Positions 47,177-57,591 of a stretch of DNA of 64,000 nucleotides are shown here, in pieces. Location: assembly GCA_016927995.1 (NCBI GenBank), contig JAFGLO010000007.1:17467-81466 (forward strand), given 5' to 3'. The stretch's first letter is position 1. Each line of letters opens with the position of its first letter. The DNA is from Candidatus Dojkabacteria bacterium (lineage in GTDB: Bacteria > Patescibacteriota > Dojkabacteria > JAFGLO01). The notes beneath the pieces are model-generated. The model did not search any database and was not told the DNA's origin. It saw only the letters and a program-made list of their open reading frames with translations. A program made the position numbers and the translations under genes.

Positions 47177-47668
47177 TTATTCCAACCTATCCTTAAGCTC
47201 AAATTTTATTGCAGTGCAATAAGCAATTCCGAGTGCATCTGCAAAATCATCGGGTGTTGGCAAAAAATCAATATTCAGTATTGTCTGAATCATTTTTTGC
47301 ACCTGTGCCTTTGATGCATTACCATAACTAGTCAAACTTTGCTTTATCTCATTAGGAGTAAACTCATAAAGCGGTAATTTATACTTTCCGCAAAGTGCAT
47401 AGATAAGTCCCCTACATTCGCCAACAGTAATTGCAGTTTTAACATTTTTCGAAAAAAATATATTTTCCATTCCTACACCGGAAATTTCAAACTGTTTAAT
47501 TGTTTTTTCAAGAGACCTTAACAATTTGTATATTCGGTCAACTTTAAGACTGTCTGCAGCCGTTTCGAATACCCCCCCACCTATGTAAGTAATTGTGCCG
47601 GATGAGTCTAATTCGACAACACCCCAACCCATTCTGGCAATTCCCGGATCTATACCCAATAATCTCAT
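47177..47668 (-). CDS. ruvC: Crossover junction endodeoxyribonuclease RuvC
   Basis: MRLLGIDPGIARMGWGVVE... RNase H-like fold with catalytic D7, E, D, D positions. Confidence 0.9.
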   Translation of the reverse strand: MRLLGIDPGIARMGWGVVELDSSGTITYIGGGVFETAADSLKVDRIYKLLRSLEKTIKQFEISGVGMENIFFSKNVKTAITVGECRGLIYALCGKYKLPLYEFTPNEIKQSLTSYGNASKAQVQKMIQTILNIDFLPTPDDFADALGIAYCTAIKFELKDRLE

Positions 47669-48384
47669 TTCTTTTGCATATTATGCCAAACATTAATTAC
47701 GTCATCATCATCCATAAGAAGATCTATCAATTCGTTGATCTGTGCAGAGTTCAGAGATTTTACAATATTCTTGGGAAGATACTCAATACTCGAAGTTTTT
47801 ACTATATATCCTATGTTTATCAATGCAGTTTTTATGGCAAAAAGAGAAGAACTTACACCAATTAACAGAAAATTATCCTTGTCTTCGGTAACATCGACAA
47901 CACCTTCAATCCCGGAAACTGTGTCAAAAAAATCTTCAAAGGCGGCAGTCTTCTCACACTTTATAAGTGCCACACGATTAAACTGCCACATTACTGCACC
48001 CTTGTCTGCAATATTTCCACCATTCATATTTAAAATGTTTCTCAAAGTAGAAATTGTCCTGTTTTTATTATCTGTCAAAGTTTCAATTATTAGTGCAACT
48101 CCAAAAGGTCCATATGCTTCATAAAAAACTCGCTCCAACTTTGCACCTTCTTCCCCTCCAGCTGCCTTATTTATTGCCCGTTCGATATTAGCATTAGGCA
48201 TACTAGCTTGCTTTGCTTTATCTATTGCAATCTTTAACAACGAGTTACTTTCAGGATTTACGGAATCACCTTCCGCTATTGCAATAAAAATTTCCCGAGA
48301 AATTTTTGAGAACAGTTTTCCTTTTTTAGAATCTGCAAGCCCTTTCTTATGTTGAATTTTGGACCATTTATTATGCCCGGACAT
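47665..48384 (-). CDS. yebC: YebC/PmpR-family transcriptional regulator
   Basis: MSGHNKWSKIQHKKG...NANIERAINKA...YEAYGPFGVAL signature of YebC family. Confidence 0.9.
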   Translation of the reverse strand: MSGHNKWSKIQHKKGLADSKKGKLFSKISREIFIAIAEGDSVNPESNSLLKIAIDKAKQASMPNANIERAINKAAGGEEGAKLERVFYEAYGPFGVALIIETLTDNKNRTISTLRNILNMNGGNIADKGAVMWQFNRVALIKCEKTAAFEDFFDTVSGIEGVVDVTEDKDNFLLIGVSSSLFAIKTALINIGYIVKTSSIEYLPKNIVKSLNSAQINELIDLLMDDDDVINVWHNMQKK

Positions 48385-48401
48385 AATTATTAAGACGAAT
48401 T

Positions 48402-49568
48402 TTATTTATTCTCCGATGTAGTAACATCCAAAGGACTACAAATTATAACAATTATATCACCTGTATATATAAAAGGCGGAGGGCCCTCAATGATTTCGGG
48501 AAATTGTCCCTGTGTTGCAAAAAGCATAAACTCGATAACGTCACAGCTTTCCTCAAATTTATTTTTGGTTTTAGTTACATATATTTTACTCCTACCACAC
48601 TCGTCGTATACCCCACCGGGTATATTGTCCGTTCTGATTACGTTTAATCCGTAGTGGTTGAACGATCTACTGAAAAATCCGGCATAACCTGCAATATCAG
48701 TTGTATTAAATACTTCGACCTGAGTTTGCTCAAGTTTTATTGGTGTTCCAGCTGAAATCTCGCGAAACATCTTATCCCAAGATTCATAAGTGATTCCAAC
48801 AAGCGTTGAGCCATCCTGTTGAGTAACTGAATTCGCAAAAGTCATCAATTCAAAACTTTTTAAAGTATACTCTTTAAGTTGGCTCCTAAAGGCCGTAAGA
48901 TCGTTTTTTGAGGGGTTACCGTAGGAACATGATACTAAAGCCTCAATTTGTGATTGATTCTGTGCAAGATCCCAAAAGCCAAGGTCTAAAACATTTACTA
49001 TATCAGGGAAAGAAGACTCTTCACCTAAAAGATTGCTAGAATCACACTCAAGGGGAACTATTACGACATTATCAAATCGATAAGCCAGGCTACCTTCTAA
49101 AATACCTAAGAACCCGTTAACTATATTAGGTTCTGCAAGCATTGCCGCCCTTACTAGAAGCGAAGAAACCTTTGCCATTGAACCTGAATTATCAATTTGC
49201 ATATACCCATCCCCATCAAGACAAAAGCTATTAATTGTTCTAGTATTCTCCCAAGGAAAATACCCACAGATCTTTATAATAGTAGTATGATACAAATCTT
49301 TTGAGTCAACATACACCCAAAGCCATGAATTAGTGTTTTTTTCAGATCTGTTAATGACAAAATCTTGAGAATACGATACCTTTATCGATGACACTTCGAT
49401 TTGTGTTTTTATAAACAAATATCCAACGCCTAATCCTCCCAAAAGCAAAAGTAACAACAAAAGTCGAAAAACAACACCGCCAAATCCGAAATTGGCACGT
49501 GCTTTTCCCTTATTCTTGCCTTTAATTTTTTTTGCAAAATCACCTCTCACAATAATTGATATTACCAC
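48402..49568 (-). CDS. Membrane-anchored LytR/CpsA/Psr (LCP)-like protein with LytR_C-like C-terminal domain, tentative
   Basis: N-terminal TM; central region with LCP-like spacing; C-terminal VEVFNTTDIAGYAGFFSRSFNHYGLNVI resembles LytR_C. Confidence 0.4.
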   Translation of the reverse strand: MVISIIVRGDFAKKIKGKNKGKARANFGFGGVVFRLLLLLLLLGGLGVGYLFIKTQIEVSSIKVSYSQDFVINRSEKNTNSWLWVYVDSKDLYHTTIIKICGYFPWENTRTINSFCLDGDGYMQIDNSGSMAKVSSLLVRAAMLAEPNIVNGFLGILEGSLAYRFDNVVIVPLECDSSNLLGEESSFPDIVNVLDLGFWDLAQNQSQIEALVSCSYGNPSKNDLTAFRSQLKEYTLKSFELMTFANSVTQQDGSTLVGITYESWDKMFREISAGTPIKLEQTQVEVFNTTDIAGYAGFFSRSFNHYGLNVIRTDNIPGGVYDECGRSKIYVTKTKNKFEESCDVIEFMLFATQGQFPEIIEGPPPFIYTGDIIVIICSPLDVTTSENK

Positions 49569-49985
49569 AAACTATCGACACGCACACAAGATAAACACAT
49601 TATGAGACCTGCCTACATTAATAATTATCTTTTTAAAACTACACGTCCTATACATTACTGCAAAGTGAACAAACCGGAAGTTACAAAAATGTTACCGTGA
49701 AAATCACAACAATCCTTTCTGGAGAAGAATTCTAAACCCTTAGTCCATTTATACGCATATTATCAAAACAAACAAAATGTGATTATAATCCGATCGCGTA
49801 CACCGTTTGTGTACATGCAGCGTGGTTCGTGTCTAATACCAGGTAAATTAAGGCGTGTTTTCATTATTATTGTTCACAAAACATGTTGATGCGCGCTGGT
49901 TAACACTAATCTGAATACCCACTAACCCCTGTTATCCACAATGAGTATCGGTTGAATTTACGAGCAATAAAAATGCGATATAGTT

Positions 49986-51152
49986 TTATTGAAAGTCGGC
50001 CAGAACCGAGAAGGCTATACGGTCTTTTTCGTAAATCTGTTTATACGAACCCAGATTCGACGACTTTTCTGCCCTTTCAGTCCCCAAATTACTTAACTGT
50101 TGAGAAAAGGGAGCTGTAATCAAAAATTTGATATAAAAGGCATGAAGCATCATCCTTGTAACTCCAAGAGCCCTTTTGAGGCTTTTAGAGCCTTTAGAAT
50201 TGTATTTGTTATCGCCAACAATTGGCGCATTTAAAAACTTCATCACTGTACGAATCTGATGAGTCCTCCCTGTTAATATTCTAATTAACCAAATTAATGA
50301 ATTATCTGCTTCTGCTATGGGAAAAAGTAATGTAACCGTAGACTTGGGTATACTTATATGCGTCTTAGGGTACTCCAAAGAAAAGGTATATCTCTGTCTG
50401 TCTTCACGATAAACCCAGCCCCCTATTCCCCAACCACGAGTAAGCTTAACCACCCTCCCCAACTTTCCACAAAAATAATTTGACAGCGACAGAACATCGT
50501 TCGAATCAAGCGTATCACTCTCAATTTCTTCTAGAGACTTAATCATTTCATTGTTTATAAAGCTGGTCACCTTATCAAAAGACATTGATTGTTTAGGTCT
50601 CAAAAATCCCTCCAAAATATTTTTTTCGTTAAGGTTTGGTGTTACTGCAACGTAATACTTTGTAACTCTACGTTTTTGAAACTGTTGAGCCAAATACGAC
50701 GCAAAATTTACATCCTTCGCAAGGATCAAGCAACCGCTTGTTTCTTTGTCCAGACGATGGATTATTCCACTATTTACCTTGTTTTTTATATCAAAAGACG
50801 GTGAAAGTTCAAATCTGCTATATATTGTATCTGTTTCCTTACCTGCTCCAGGATGAACAGAAATAGATACCGGCTTATTTATACACAAGAATAAAGGATT
50901 CTCACAAATAACAAGTTCATTTCTTAATAAATTATCAGATAAATCTTTTATGTCACTTTGCTTGGGTTCTACAATATCAATTTTGTCGAACTTGATCCGA
51001 AATTTTCTTGACGGCTGCAAAATAACAGAGCCATTAACACTTACACATCCCTGCTTAATTAACTGGATTGCCTTTTCCCTGCTTACCCCAAATATCGAAT
51101 TTCGAGATTTAAGATATGAAAAAACCAAAATGTCTAATCTTTTTACTTCCAA
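49986..51152 (-). CDS. RluA-family 23S rRNA/tRNA pseudouridine synthase with N-terminal S4 domain
   Basis: S4 domain (RLDILVFSYL...SREKAIQLIKQGCVSVNG), catalytic HRLDKETSGCLILAKD, GRTHQIR motif. Confidence 0.75.
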   Translation of the reverse strand: MEVKRLDILVFSYLKSRNSIFGVSREKAIQLIKQGCVSVNGSVILQPSRKFRIKFDKIDIVEPKQSDIKDLSDNLLRNELVICENPLFLCINKPVSISVHPGAGKETDTIYSRFELSPSFDIKNKVNSGIIHRLDKETSGCLILAKDVNFASYLAQQFQKRRVTKYYVAVTPNLNEKNILEGFLRPKQSMSFDKVTSFINNEMIKSLEEIESDTLDSNDVLSLSNYFCGKLGRVVKLTRGWGIGGWVYREDRQRYTFSLEYPKTHISIPKSTVTLLFPIAEADNSLIWLIRILTGRTHQIRTVMKFLNAPIVGDNKYNSKGSKSLKRALGVTRMMLHAFYIKFLITAPFSQQLSNLGTERAEKSSNLGSYKQIYEKDRIAFSVLADFQ

Positions 51153-51913
51153 TCTTTCATTACTACTTCTATTTTAGGTTTTTTTGAAACACTCTTTCCT
51201 TTTGTTCCCAAAACAAAAAGTATTATTCCCGCAATCACAAGCAGTATAAAACCGATGAACCAAACAATACTTTTAAATCCACCAATTATAATATTATCAA
51301 CAACAATCATAATACTAACTATTGCTAGAAAGGAAAAATAAGCATAGTTTATTACAGTCTGATTGGGGCTATCAAGAAGTTTTAATAAAAACCCTGACAA
51401 GTAAACAACAAAGACAACACTTAAAAGAATAACTACTAATGTTGGAGTTTCATTCGAAAGAAATAGATAACTTGCAACCTGAAAACACAGATAAACCAAT
51501 GAAATATTTAATAATGTTTTTGCCATCCGCACTTTGGGCAACTTATACTTTTTGGTGGCTACGCTTATTCCCACAATCAGGAAGGTAAAAATTAATGCTA
51601 TTACATCGAGTCCATTCCAAAACTCTAATAGAACATACGGCAAAACTCTAACGTACGTACAGCTCTCATAACACGTAATTGGTAAATAGGAAAACGAGAA
51701 CTGTCTGAAGATATCAATGTTGAACAAAACATATGATAACCTCCCGATAATAACCCCGGTTATTAATGAAATAAAAAAAACGTTGAAATATGAGAATACT
51801 TCGTTTCTATCGGTAACTTTAAATACACCCCTTAAGTAAAATCCCAAAACTATAAAGATTGCAGCCCAAGTCAGCAATGCAATAATCGCAAAATTCTCAG
51901 TCAAAAAAATCAT
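51143..51913 (-). CDS. Hypothetical polytopic membrane protein
   Basis: ~7 TM helices; 256 aa. Confidence 0.35.
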   Translation of the reverse strand: MIFLTENFAIIALLTWAAIFIVLGFYLRGVFKVTDRNEVFSYFNVFFISLITGVIIGRLSYVLFNIDIFRQFSFSYLPITCYESCTYVRVLPYVLLEFWNGLDVIALIFTFLIVGISVATKKYKLPKVRMAKTLLNISLVYLCFQVASYLFLSNETPTLVVILLSVVFVVYLSGFLLKLLDSPNQTVINYAYFSFLAIVSIMIVVDNIIIGGFKSIVWFIGFILLVIAGIILFVLGTKGKSVSKKPKIEVVMKDWK

Positions 51914-52644
51914 TTTTTCTTTCCTTTTAAGTTTGACTTTGACTTCACGGACCCTTTATTCTTGGTTGCCTTTGGTTTCATCGGCTCTTTCTTTAAGTTT
52001 GATTTTGATTCCACAGGTTTATTCCTTGTGTTTTTAAAAAATTTTCGAAGAAAATCCCCCAGCTGCTTTAATAAGTTGTTAACAATATTTTTAATTACGT
52101 CTTGAAAACGTTTCATTTTTTCAGCGAGTTTAAACCTAGGTTTTATTAGATCCGGTTCCTGAATAGATTCCACAGGCTGTTTAGTTCCACAGTTTTTACA
52201 AAATGCACTTCTGACTGAAAGTTCTTTACCGCACTTTTCACATTTTTTCTTTAATTGGGCTCCGCAAACCTGACAATATTTATCATTTTTTGTTGAAACA
52301 TCACCACATTTTTCACAAACACTGATTGAGTCAACCTCCGCAAGAAGAAACTTATGCTCCAAATCAGAAAAGTAGTTTTCCTGCAGAGTTCTTCGAGGTC
52401 GGATTATTAGATAGATCAAAAGTCCAACAACCGGAACAAATACAACAAGAAACCCCATAACAAGCTGAATTACGGAATTACTGTATCTGGAGACAGAGTC
52501 AAGCCAGAACCACCAAAGCATTACAAGCCAAAGAGCAATAAGTCCCAAAACAAGAACTCTCATTGCAAATTCAACGTTGATACTCATTAGCCATTGGATA
52601 AAACCCGTTATCGGATCTTTTGAAGCTATATTATCCGGAAACAT
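51910..52644 (-). CDS. Membrane protein with double zinc-ribbon and Lys-rich C-terminus
   Basis: Two TM helices then CEKCGD...CQVCGA...CEKCGK...CKNCG; C-terminal KKxK repeats. Confidence 0.4.
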   Translation of the reverse strand: MFPDNIASKDPITGFIQWLMSINVEFAMRVLVLGLIALWLVMLWWFWLDSVSRYSNSVIQLVMGFLVVFVPVVGLLIYLIIRPRRTLQENYFSDLEHKFLLAEVDSISVCEKCGDVSTKNDKYCQVCGAQLKKKCEKCGKELSVRSAFCKNCGTKQPVESIQEPDLIKPRFKLAEKMKRFQDVIKNIVNNLLKQLGDFLRKFFKNTRNKPVESKSNLKKEPMKPKATKNKGSVKSKSNLKGKKK

Positions 52645-52770
52645 TTTGTATATAATTTATTTTATTTTTTGTTTACAATGAACTGCCAGCGGAAGCCGAG
52701 ATCTTTCCCTACTCGGCTTAGATCAATGGAACCAGTTACTATTCCCACTGCTGACCAAATGTCAATGAAC

Positions 52771-52854
52771 TGCCAGCGGTGGGAATCGAACCCACACCTT
52801 CTTGCGAAGACGGGATTTTGAGTCCCGCGTGTCTACCAATTCCACCACGCTGGC
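52771..52854 (-). tRNA. tRNA-Leu (anticodon CAA), long variable arm
   Basis: Reverse complement GCCAGCGTGGTGGAATTGGTAGACACGCGGGACTCAAAATCCCGTCTTCGCAAGAAGGTGTGGGTTCGATTCCCACCGCTGGCA; anticodon loop CTCAAAA. Confidence 0.85.
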
Positions 52855-52932
52855 AAAAAGTCTTTGTACATACTATAAACAAAAACTTCCGTCCAACTTG
52901 TAATTTTATCACAGAACCTACTTAGGATAAAG

Positions 52933-54282
52933 TTATTTCTGGAGATTACGAAAACTAGCAAGTTCTTTGACAAAAGCAAGCTCAACTCTTCCAACCGGCC
53001 CATTTCGATGTTTTGCAATGATTATGTCGGCAACACCTTTACGCTCGGTCTCCTGATTATATTGTTCCTCTCTATGAATAAACATAACCACATCGGCATC
53101 TTGTTCAATAGATCCGGAGTCCCTAAGATCAGACAGCTGTGGAGTTCGATCGGTTCGTGATTCTACTCCTCGAGACAACTGCGAAAGTGCAACTACAGGA
53201 ACTTTAAGCTCTCGAGCTAAATTTTTAAGCCCCATTGAGACTTCCGATATTTCCTGCACGCGATTCTCTAATCCTCTACTTTTTGCCAACTGAAGATAGT
53301 CCAGAAAGATAATATCTATTCCAACCTCCGACTTAAGTCGCCTTGCCTTGGCCCTAAGCTCCATAACGGACTGACCAGGTTTATCATCAATATAAATATT
53401 TGAATCGGCAAGTACACCATAAGCTTCACCAAGTTTTTGAAACATTTCATCGGTTAATTTTCCTGTTCTTAACTCCCAAATATTTACACCCGATTGCATT
53501 CCAACCAACCTATCCATAATCTGAATCTCTGACATTTCAAGCGAAAAGAATGCTACCGTCTTTTTCTCGTGTACAGCGGCATATTTCGCCATATCAAGTG
53601 CCAATGATGATTTTCCAACAGAAGGTCTTGCGGCAAGAATAATAAGATCCGAAGGTTGAAATCCGCCTAAGAGATTGTCAATCCTTGAAAACCCGCTTTT
53701 GATTCCCGGTGCCGACTTACCCTGATCAAGAAGTTCTGCCCGTTCATAGGCATCTTTTAAAAGATCCTTAATATGCCTAAATCGATCGGTAATACGTTGT
53801 TGAGAAACAGCAAAAACCGCTTGCTCCGATTGGTCAAGCACTTCCGAAAGTTCTTTACTTTCGTCAAAAGCTAATTCCCCAATCTTTGAGGAAACGGATA
53901 TAAGTCCGCGTCGAACACTCAAATCTTGAACAATCTTAGCATATTCTTCAGCATGAGCTGCGGTTGGTACTGCACTGGCAAGTTCACTAAGATATTCAAC
54001 TCCCCCAATATATTTTAGTTTCTTCTTTTTTCTAAGCTTGTCTCCAAGTGTCATAAGATCAATTGGTTTTCCTTCATCAAGAAGTTCCAGAAGACTTGAG
54101 TAGATCGCTTTATTGCGGTCATCATAAAAATGATCGGGAAGCAGAAATTCTGCCGCGGCAAGCAGAGTATTTTTATCAAGTAAGAAAGCCCCTATTAATG
54201 ATGACTCTACCTCCGGGTTTTTAGGGATAACTCTATCCATTTTACTCCAGAACAAAAAAGAATTTATTGTCTCTGATACCAT
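52933..54282 (-). CDS. dnaB: Replicative DNA helicase DnaB
   Basis: N-terminal domain (SLIGAFLLDKN), Walker A ARPSVGKSSLAL, IIFLDYLQL, arginine finger region. True start may be Met15 (MDRVIPKNPEVE), which would give 52933..54240. Confidence 0.9.
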   Translation of the reverse strand: MVSETINSFLFWSKMDRVIPKNPEVESSLIGAFLLDKNTLLAAAEFLLPDHFYDDRNKAIYSSLLELLDEGKPIDLMTLGDKLRKKKKLKYIGGVEYLSELASAVPTAAHAEEYAKIVQDLSVRRGLISVSSKIGELAFDESKELSEVLDQSEQAVFAVSQQRITDRFRHIKDLLKDAYERAELLDQGKSAPGIKSGFSRIDNLLGGFQPSDLIILAARPSVGKSSLALDMAKYAAVHEKKTVAFFSLEMSEIQIMDRLVGMQSGVNIWELRTGKLTDEMFQKLGEAYGVLADSNIYIDDKPGQSVMELRAKARRLKSEVGIDIIFLDYLQLAKSRGLENRVQEISEVSMGLKNLARELKVPVVALSQLSRGVESRTDRTPQLSDLRDSGSIEQDADVVMFIHREEQYNQETERKGVADIIIAKHRNGPVGRVELAFVKELASFRNLQK

Positions 54283-54790
54283 TATCTAGTTTGAATTTAT
54301 TCTCACGTTTAATCTCGACAACCCCTATATAATCTTTTAACTTTTGAACTGATTGGTCGGATGGACTCTCACCCTTGGGCCAATAAAAAACAATGTTTCC
54401 GGTGTCAATAGCGCCGATATCTTTTTTTATTCTATCCGATAATAGAAATTCTTCATTAAACGGAATTACATACATATCAATGTCAAACGGAATCGTTTTA
54501 TTTGCAAGGTCAAGATCAAGGAAATCTTGGACAAATAAAACATTTGTATTGTCAGCAATTGCAAGATAATAGAACTTTGAAGTACCTTTGTAACCATAAA
54601 TGAATATCTCGGAAAATTCCCACTCTCCCGACCCCGAAATTATAAATGTTTCGTCTGAAATAGTCTTGTCGTTAGAAATTACTGCGGAAATCTTTTCGTC
54701 GGATTTTGAAACGTTTCCCTCCGGAAACACAAGAATTTGAGACCCATTCTTTTCTAGGATTAACTGGCCTGCCTTCTTTTTTATTATCAT
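54242..54790 (-). CDS. Hypothetical protein upstream of dnaB
   Basis: 182 aa; no family recognized. Confidence 0.35.
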   Translation of the reverse strand: MIIKKKAGQLILEKNGSQILVFPEGNVSKSDEKISAVISNDKTISDETFIISGSGEWEFSEIFIYGYKGTSKFYYLAIADNTNVLFVQDFLDLDLANKTIPFDIDMYVIPFNEEFLLSDRIKKDIGAIDTGNIVFYWPKGESPSDQSVQKLKDYIGVVEIKRENKFKLDNGIRDNKFFFVLE

Positions 54791-54890
54791 TTGGAATTGT
54801 TTGGAAAACTAAGAGTAAGTGATTATACACAAAAAGATCTCTATATCAAAATAGCACAATGTGAAGTTCAATTAATTACCTGTTAAGAAT

Positions 54891-55514
54891 TTGTTCGTCA
54901 TAGCACGGTATCATAACAACAACATGAAAAATAGACTTACGCTTAATCTGCTTACCCAACTTGTACTCATTATCATTTTAGGTGTTTGTGTCTACATAAT
55001 TTTATACCCTGTAGCACTTGAAGTTATTTCCCCAATCGAAAGTGCACTAGAAATAACGATTTTGCCGGTCAGATTTATCGCAAAACCCTTAGATTCCGAA
55101 GAAACCGTTTGCAAAGGTACAAATAACTTGTTTATACCTACAGCAAGAATCAAAGGAAATATTATAACCTCGGAAGATAGCCAAGCTTTAAATCAGGGAT
55201 TCTGGCATTTGGCCGGTACCGGTAATCCTGAAACCGGTGGAAATATGGTAATTACCGGACATAGGTTCTTATATTTACCTCCGGTTGAAAAGACTTTTTA
55301 TAACCTTGATTTAGTTAAACCCGGTAATAAGATATATATTTGCTATGAAAACGTTTATTATGAATATCTGGTTACTCAGGTAGTCATTACGTCACCTGAC
55401 GACCTCACAATTCACTCAAACACATATTCACCAACGCTAACTCTTTACACATGCACTCCCAAATGGAGTAACAAACAAAGGCTTGTAGTTAGGGCGGAAA
55501 AATTAAATTACTAA
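54891..55514 (+). CDS. Sortase (cysteine transpeptidase), membrane-anchored
   Basis: N-terminal TM; catalytic triad context MVITGHR (His), LTLYTCTP (TLxTC Cys), LVVRAE (Arg). Confidence 0.65.
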   Translation: MFVIARYHNNNMKNRLTLNLLTQLVLIIILGVCVYIILYPVALEVISPIESALEITILPVRFIAKPLDSEETVCKGTNNLFIPTARIKGNIITSEDSQALNQGFWHLAGTGNPETGGNMVITGHRFLYLPPVEKTFYNLDLVKPGNKIYICYENVYYEYLVTQVVITSPDDLTIHSNTYSPTLTLYTCTPKWSNKQRLVVRAEKLNY

Positions 55515-55560
55515 ACAATCTTCTCTTACAAAAACTTCTATAGATTGTGCTAAATAGACT

Positions 55561-55839
55561 TTATTTCAGAACCTTCATCATAGATGAAAGTTCTGTGAGA
55601 ATCTTGGTTTTTAATTTGACCTGGATTAGTTCAAGTCGAACACTTTCCATTGCGGAAATTATTGCCTGAAGTTGAATCATATTTTTTTTAAAATCGGTCT
55701 CTGGTTTTATCATTCCTTCTACAGCAGTTAACTGTCCTTGAATTCGATGAATTCTGTTTAACAGCTTTTCTACGTCACGCTCATCGATTTTTAGAACAAT
55801 GTCTGCATCGGAGTTGTTGTTCATATTGCCAACCATCAT
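55561..55839 (-). CDS. CsoR/RcnR/FrmR-like (DUF156) metal-sensing-type transcriptional regulator lacking the canonical Cys
   Basis: LLNRIHRIQGQLTAVEGMIKPE...IQLQAIISAMESV parallels LKRIEGQxRGIxRMIEE...QISAVRAAL of CsoR family; 92 aa. Confidence 0.5.
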   Translation of the reverse strand: MMVGNMNNNSDADIVLKIDERDVEKLLNRIHRIQGQLTAVEGMIKPETDFKKNMIQLQAIISAMESVRLELIQVKLKTKILTELSSMMKVLK

Positions 55840-55992
55840 ATAATTTATATACCCCGGGCAGTATGTAAGGGATGATACATTGAAACAAATGTGTTGTCAA
55901 TTTAAGGTTGTGTTTTAATGTAGATTGTGCAATAATTGCGCTACTTTCGTACAAATTCTTTCAAACGGACAATAAATTTTAATAATAAGTAA

Positions 55993-56280
55993 ATGAAAAA
56001 AAATATCCATCCCACATGGAATAAAACCAAAGTCACTTGTAACTGCGGCGCCGTGTTCACAATCGGAACAACAATCTCCGAGTTTACTGCAGATATCTGC
56101 AGTAAATGTCATCCTGCGTTTAAAAAAGGTGGTGCCAATGAATATGTTGTCGATCGAGATAACAGAATCGAACAATTTAAGGCACGAATGGAAAAATCCG
56201 CAACACTTATAGCCGAACGTGAAAAAGCCAAGAAGGTTTCCAAAACTAAATCATCCGAGCCTAAGTCAGTAGAAAAATAG
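55993..56280 (+). CDS. rpmE: 50S ribosomal protein L31 (Zn-ribbon type)
   Basis: MKKNIHPTWNKTKVTCNCGAVFTIGTT...CSKCHPAFK. Confidence 0.85.
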   Translation: MKKNIHPTWNKTKVTCNCGAVFTIGTTISEFTADICSKCHPAFKKGGANEYVVDRDNRIEQFKARMEKSATLIAEREKAKKVSKTKSSEPKSVEK

Positions 56281-57071
56281 TGACCCATTCGCTTTCCTCA
56301 TTTGAACTTGTAAGTAATTCATCCCTTACTATTTTTGAGAAGAATCTACTTTCTGAGTACCTGACCCTAAACGTCCCTACCACCAAAAAGCTTAACGCCA
56401 TTAAAACAAAGTTATCCAAAGGTTATCCGGTTGAATATATAACCGGTTACACATATTTCTATGGAAAAAAGATAAATATTACACCAGATGTATTAATTCC
56501 AAGGGAAGAAACTGAAATCCTTGTGTCACTTGTTATTAACATAATCAAATCCATACCCCAATTTACACTGATAGATATTGGCACAGGCTCGGGGGCAATA
56601 ATGCATTCAATCGGCTCTGCTCTTGACGGCAAAAACTCCATAGTCGCGATAGGAGTTGACACAAGTAAACCGGCGATCAGAGTTGCAAAAGCAAACACTC
56701 CACCCTCCTCCACTGTTAAATATAAATATATTCACGGAGATTTATTCCCAAAGGCTCTTACAAACATTAAAGGAAATCTTATTATTACCGCCAATTTACC
56801 TTATTTAGATCCTTTAACCGCAAAAGTGTCACCCAAAACCTTAAAATTTGAACCCCATTTGGCACTTTTTAGCAAACACGGTTATTCACATATTGTTAAG
56901 CTATTAAAACTCCTGCACAAATACAACGTACACTTTAGACTCTTAGCTCTTGAAATTGAACCTGGAATTGCAAAAAACGTAATATGTGCTGCGCAAAAGT
57001 TTTTCCCCGACAAAATGATCGTAAAGGAAACTGATACTAACCGGTTAGACCGATTTATATTAATACAGTAG
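56280..57071 (+). CDS. N5-glutamine methyltransferase, PrmC/HemK family (release-factor methyltransferase-like)
   Basis: Motif I DIGTGSGAI and N(L)PY motif ITANLPYLD; 263 aa; GTG start overlapping rpmE stop. Confidence 0.55.
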   Translation: MTHSLSSFELVSNSSLTIFEKNLLSEYLTLNVPTTKKLNAIKTKLSKGYPVEYITGYTYFYGKKINITPDVLIPREETEILVSLVINIIKSIPQFTLIDIGTGSGAIMHSIGSALDGKNSIVAIGVDTSKPAIRVAKANTPPSSTVKYKYIHGDLFPKALTNIKGNLIITANLPYLDPLTAKVSPKTLKFEPHLALFSKHGYSHIVKLLKLLHKYNVHFRLLALEIEPGIAKNVICAAQKFFPDKMIVKETDTNRLDRFILIQ

Positions 57072-57096
57072 AAAAGTCTTTAAATCTAAGGCTTAC

Positions 57097-57582
57097 CTAG
57101 GACTGTACATCAAGTACAAATTCGCCAACAACCTCTTTGTCAAAATTAAAACCCTTTGTTGAAACCACAGCAAAGGTTATTACATGTTTACCAATTTCTT
57201 TAATGTGATATTTGGCCGAAAACTTTAAGGTTACACCCTCTCGTTTCCCGGTTTTTTTCTCGACCACATTAAGAATCTCGGTGTCCTTTATTGGGGATTT
57301 AAGCTTACTCCCTCTAGTGTTTGCAACCTTATGAACAATGCTCTGATTGTTTATAGATCTTAAAAGCTCCATTGCTTCTCTTTGATTTTTTGCACGATCC
57401 TCTGATATTTTTCTTTTTTGAGAACTTGCATGTGCAAGGTTCTCGGAAGACCCTAAGATAGCTATCTTATTCGGAATAAGGTAATTTGTTGCATATCCCT
57501 CTTTGACCTCACAAATATCTCCTGCCCTACCAAGTCCCTTAACGTCAACTAATAGAACAACTTTCATAAGAACATTAATCAA
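57097..57582 (-). CDS. rplI: 50S ribosomal protein L9
   Basis: [37 protein letters not shown]-domain signature. Confidence 0.85.
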   Translation of the reverse strand: MINVLMKVVLLVDVKGLGRAGDICEVKEGYATNYLIPNKIAILGSSENLAHASSQKRKISEDRAKNQREAMELLRSINNQSIVHKVANTRGSKLKSPIKDTEILNVVEKKTGKREGVTLKFSAKYHIKEIGKHVITFAVVSTKGFNFDKEVVGEFVLDVQS

Positions 57583-57591
57583 CTTATTTAT

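Noticed and set aside
49935-49943. Replication origin (oriC) from a TTATCCACA DnaA-box-like 9-mer
   Set aside because: It is a single occurrence with no cluster of DnaA boxes or AT-rich unwinding element pattern, and dnaA is not adjacent. This is insufficient for an origin call.
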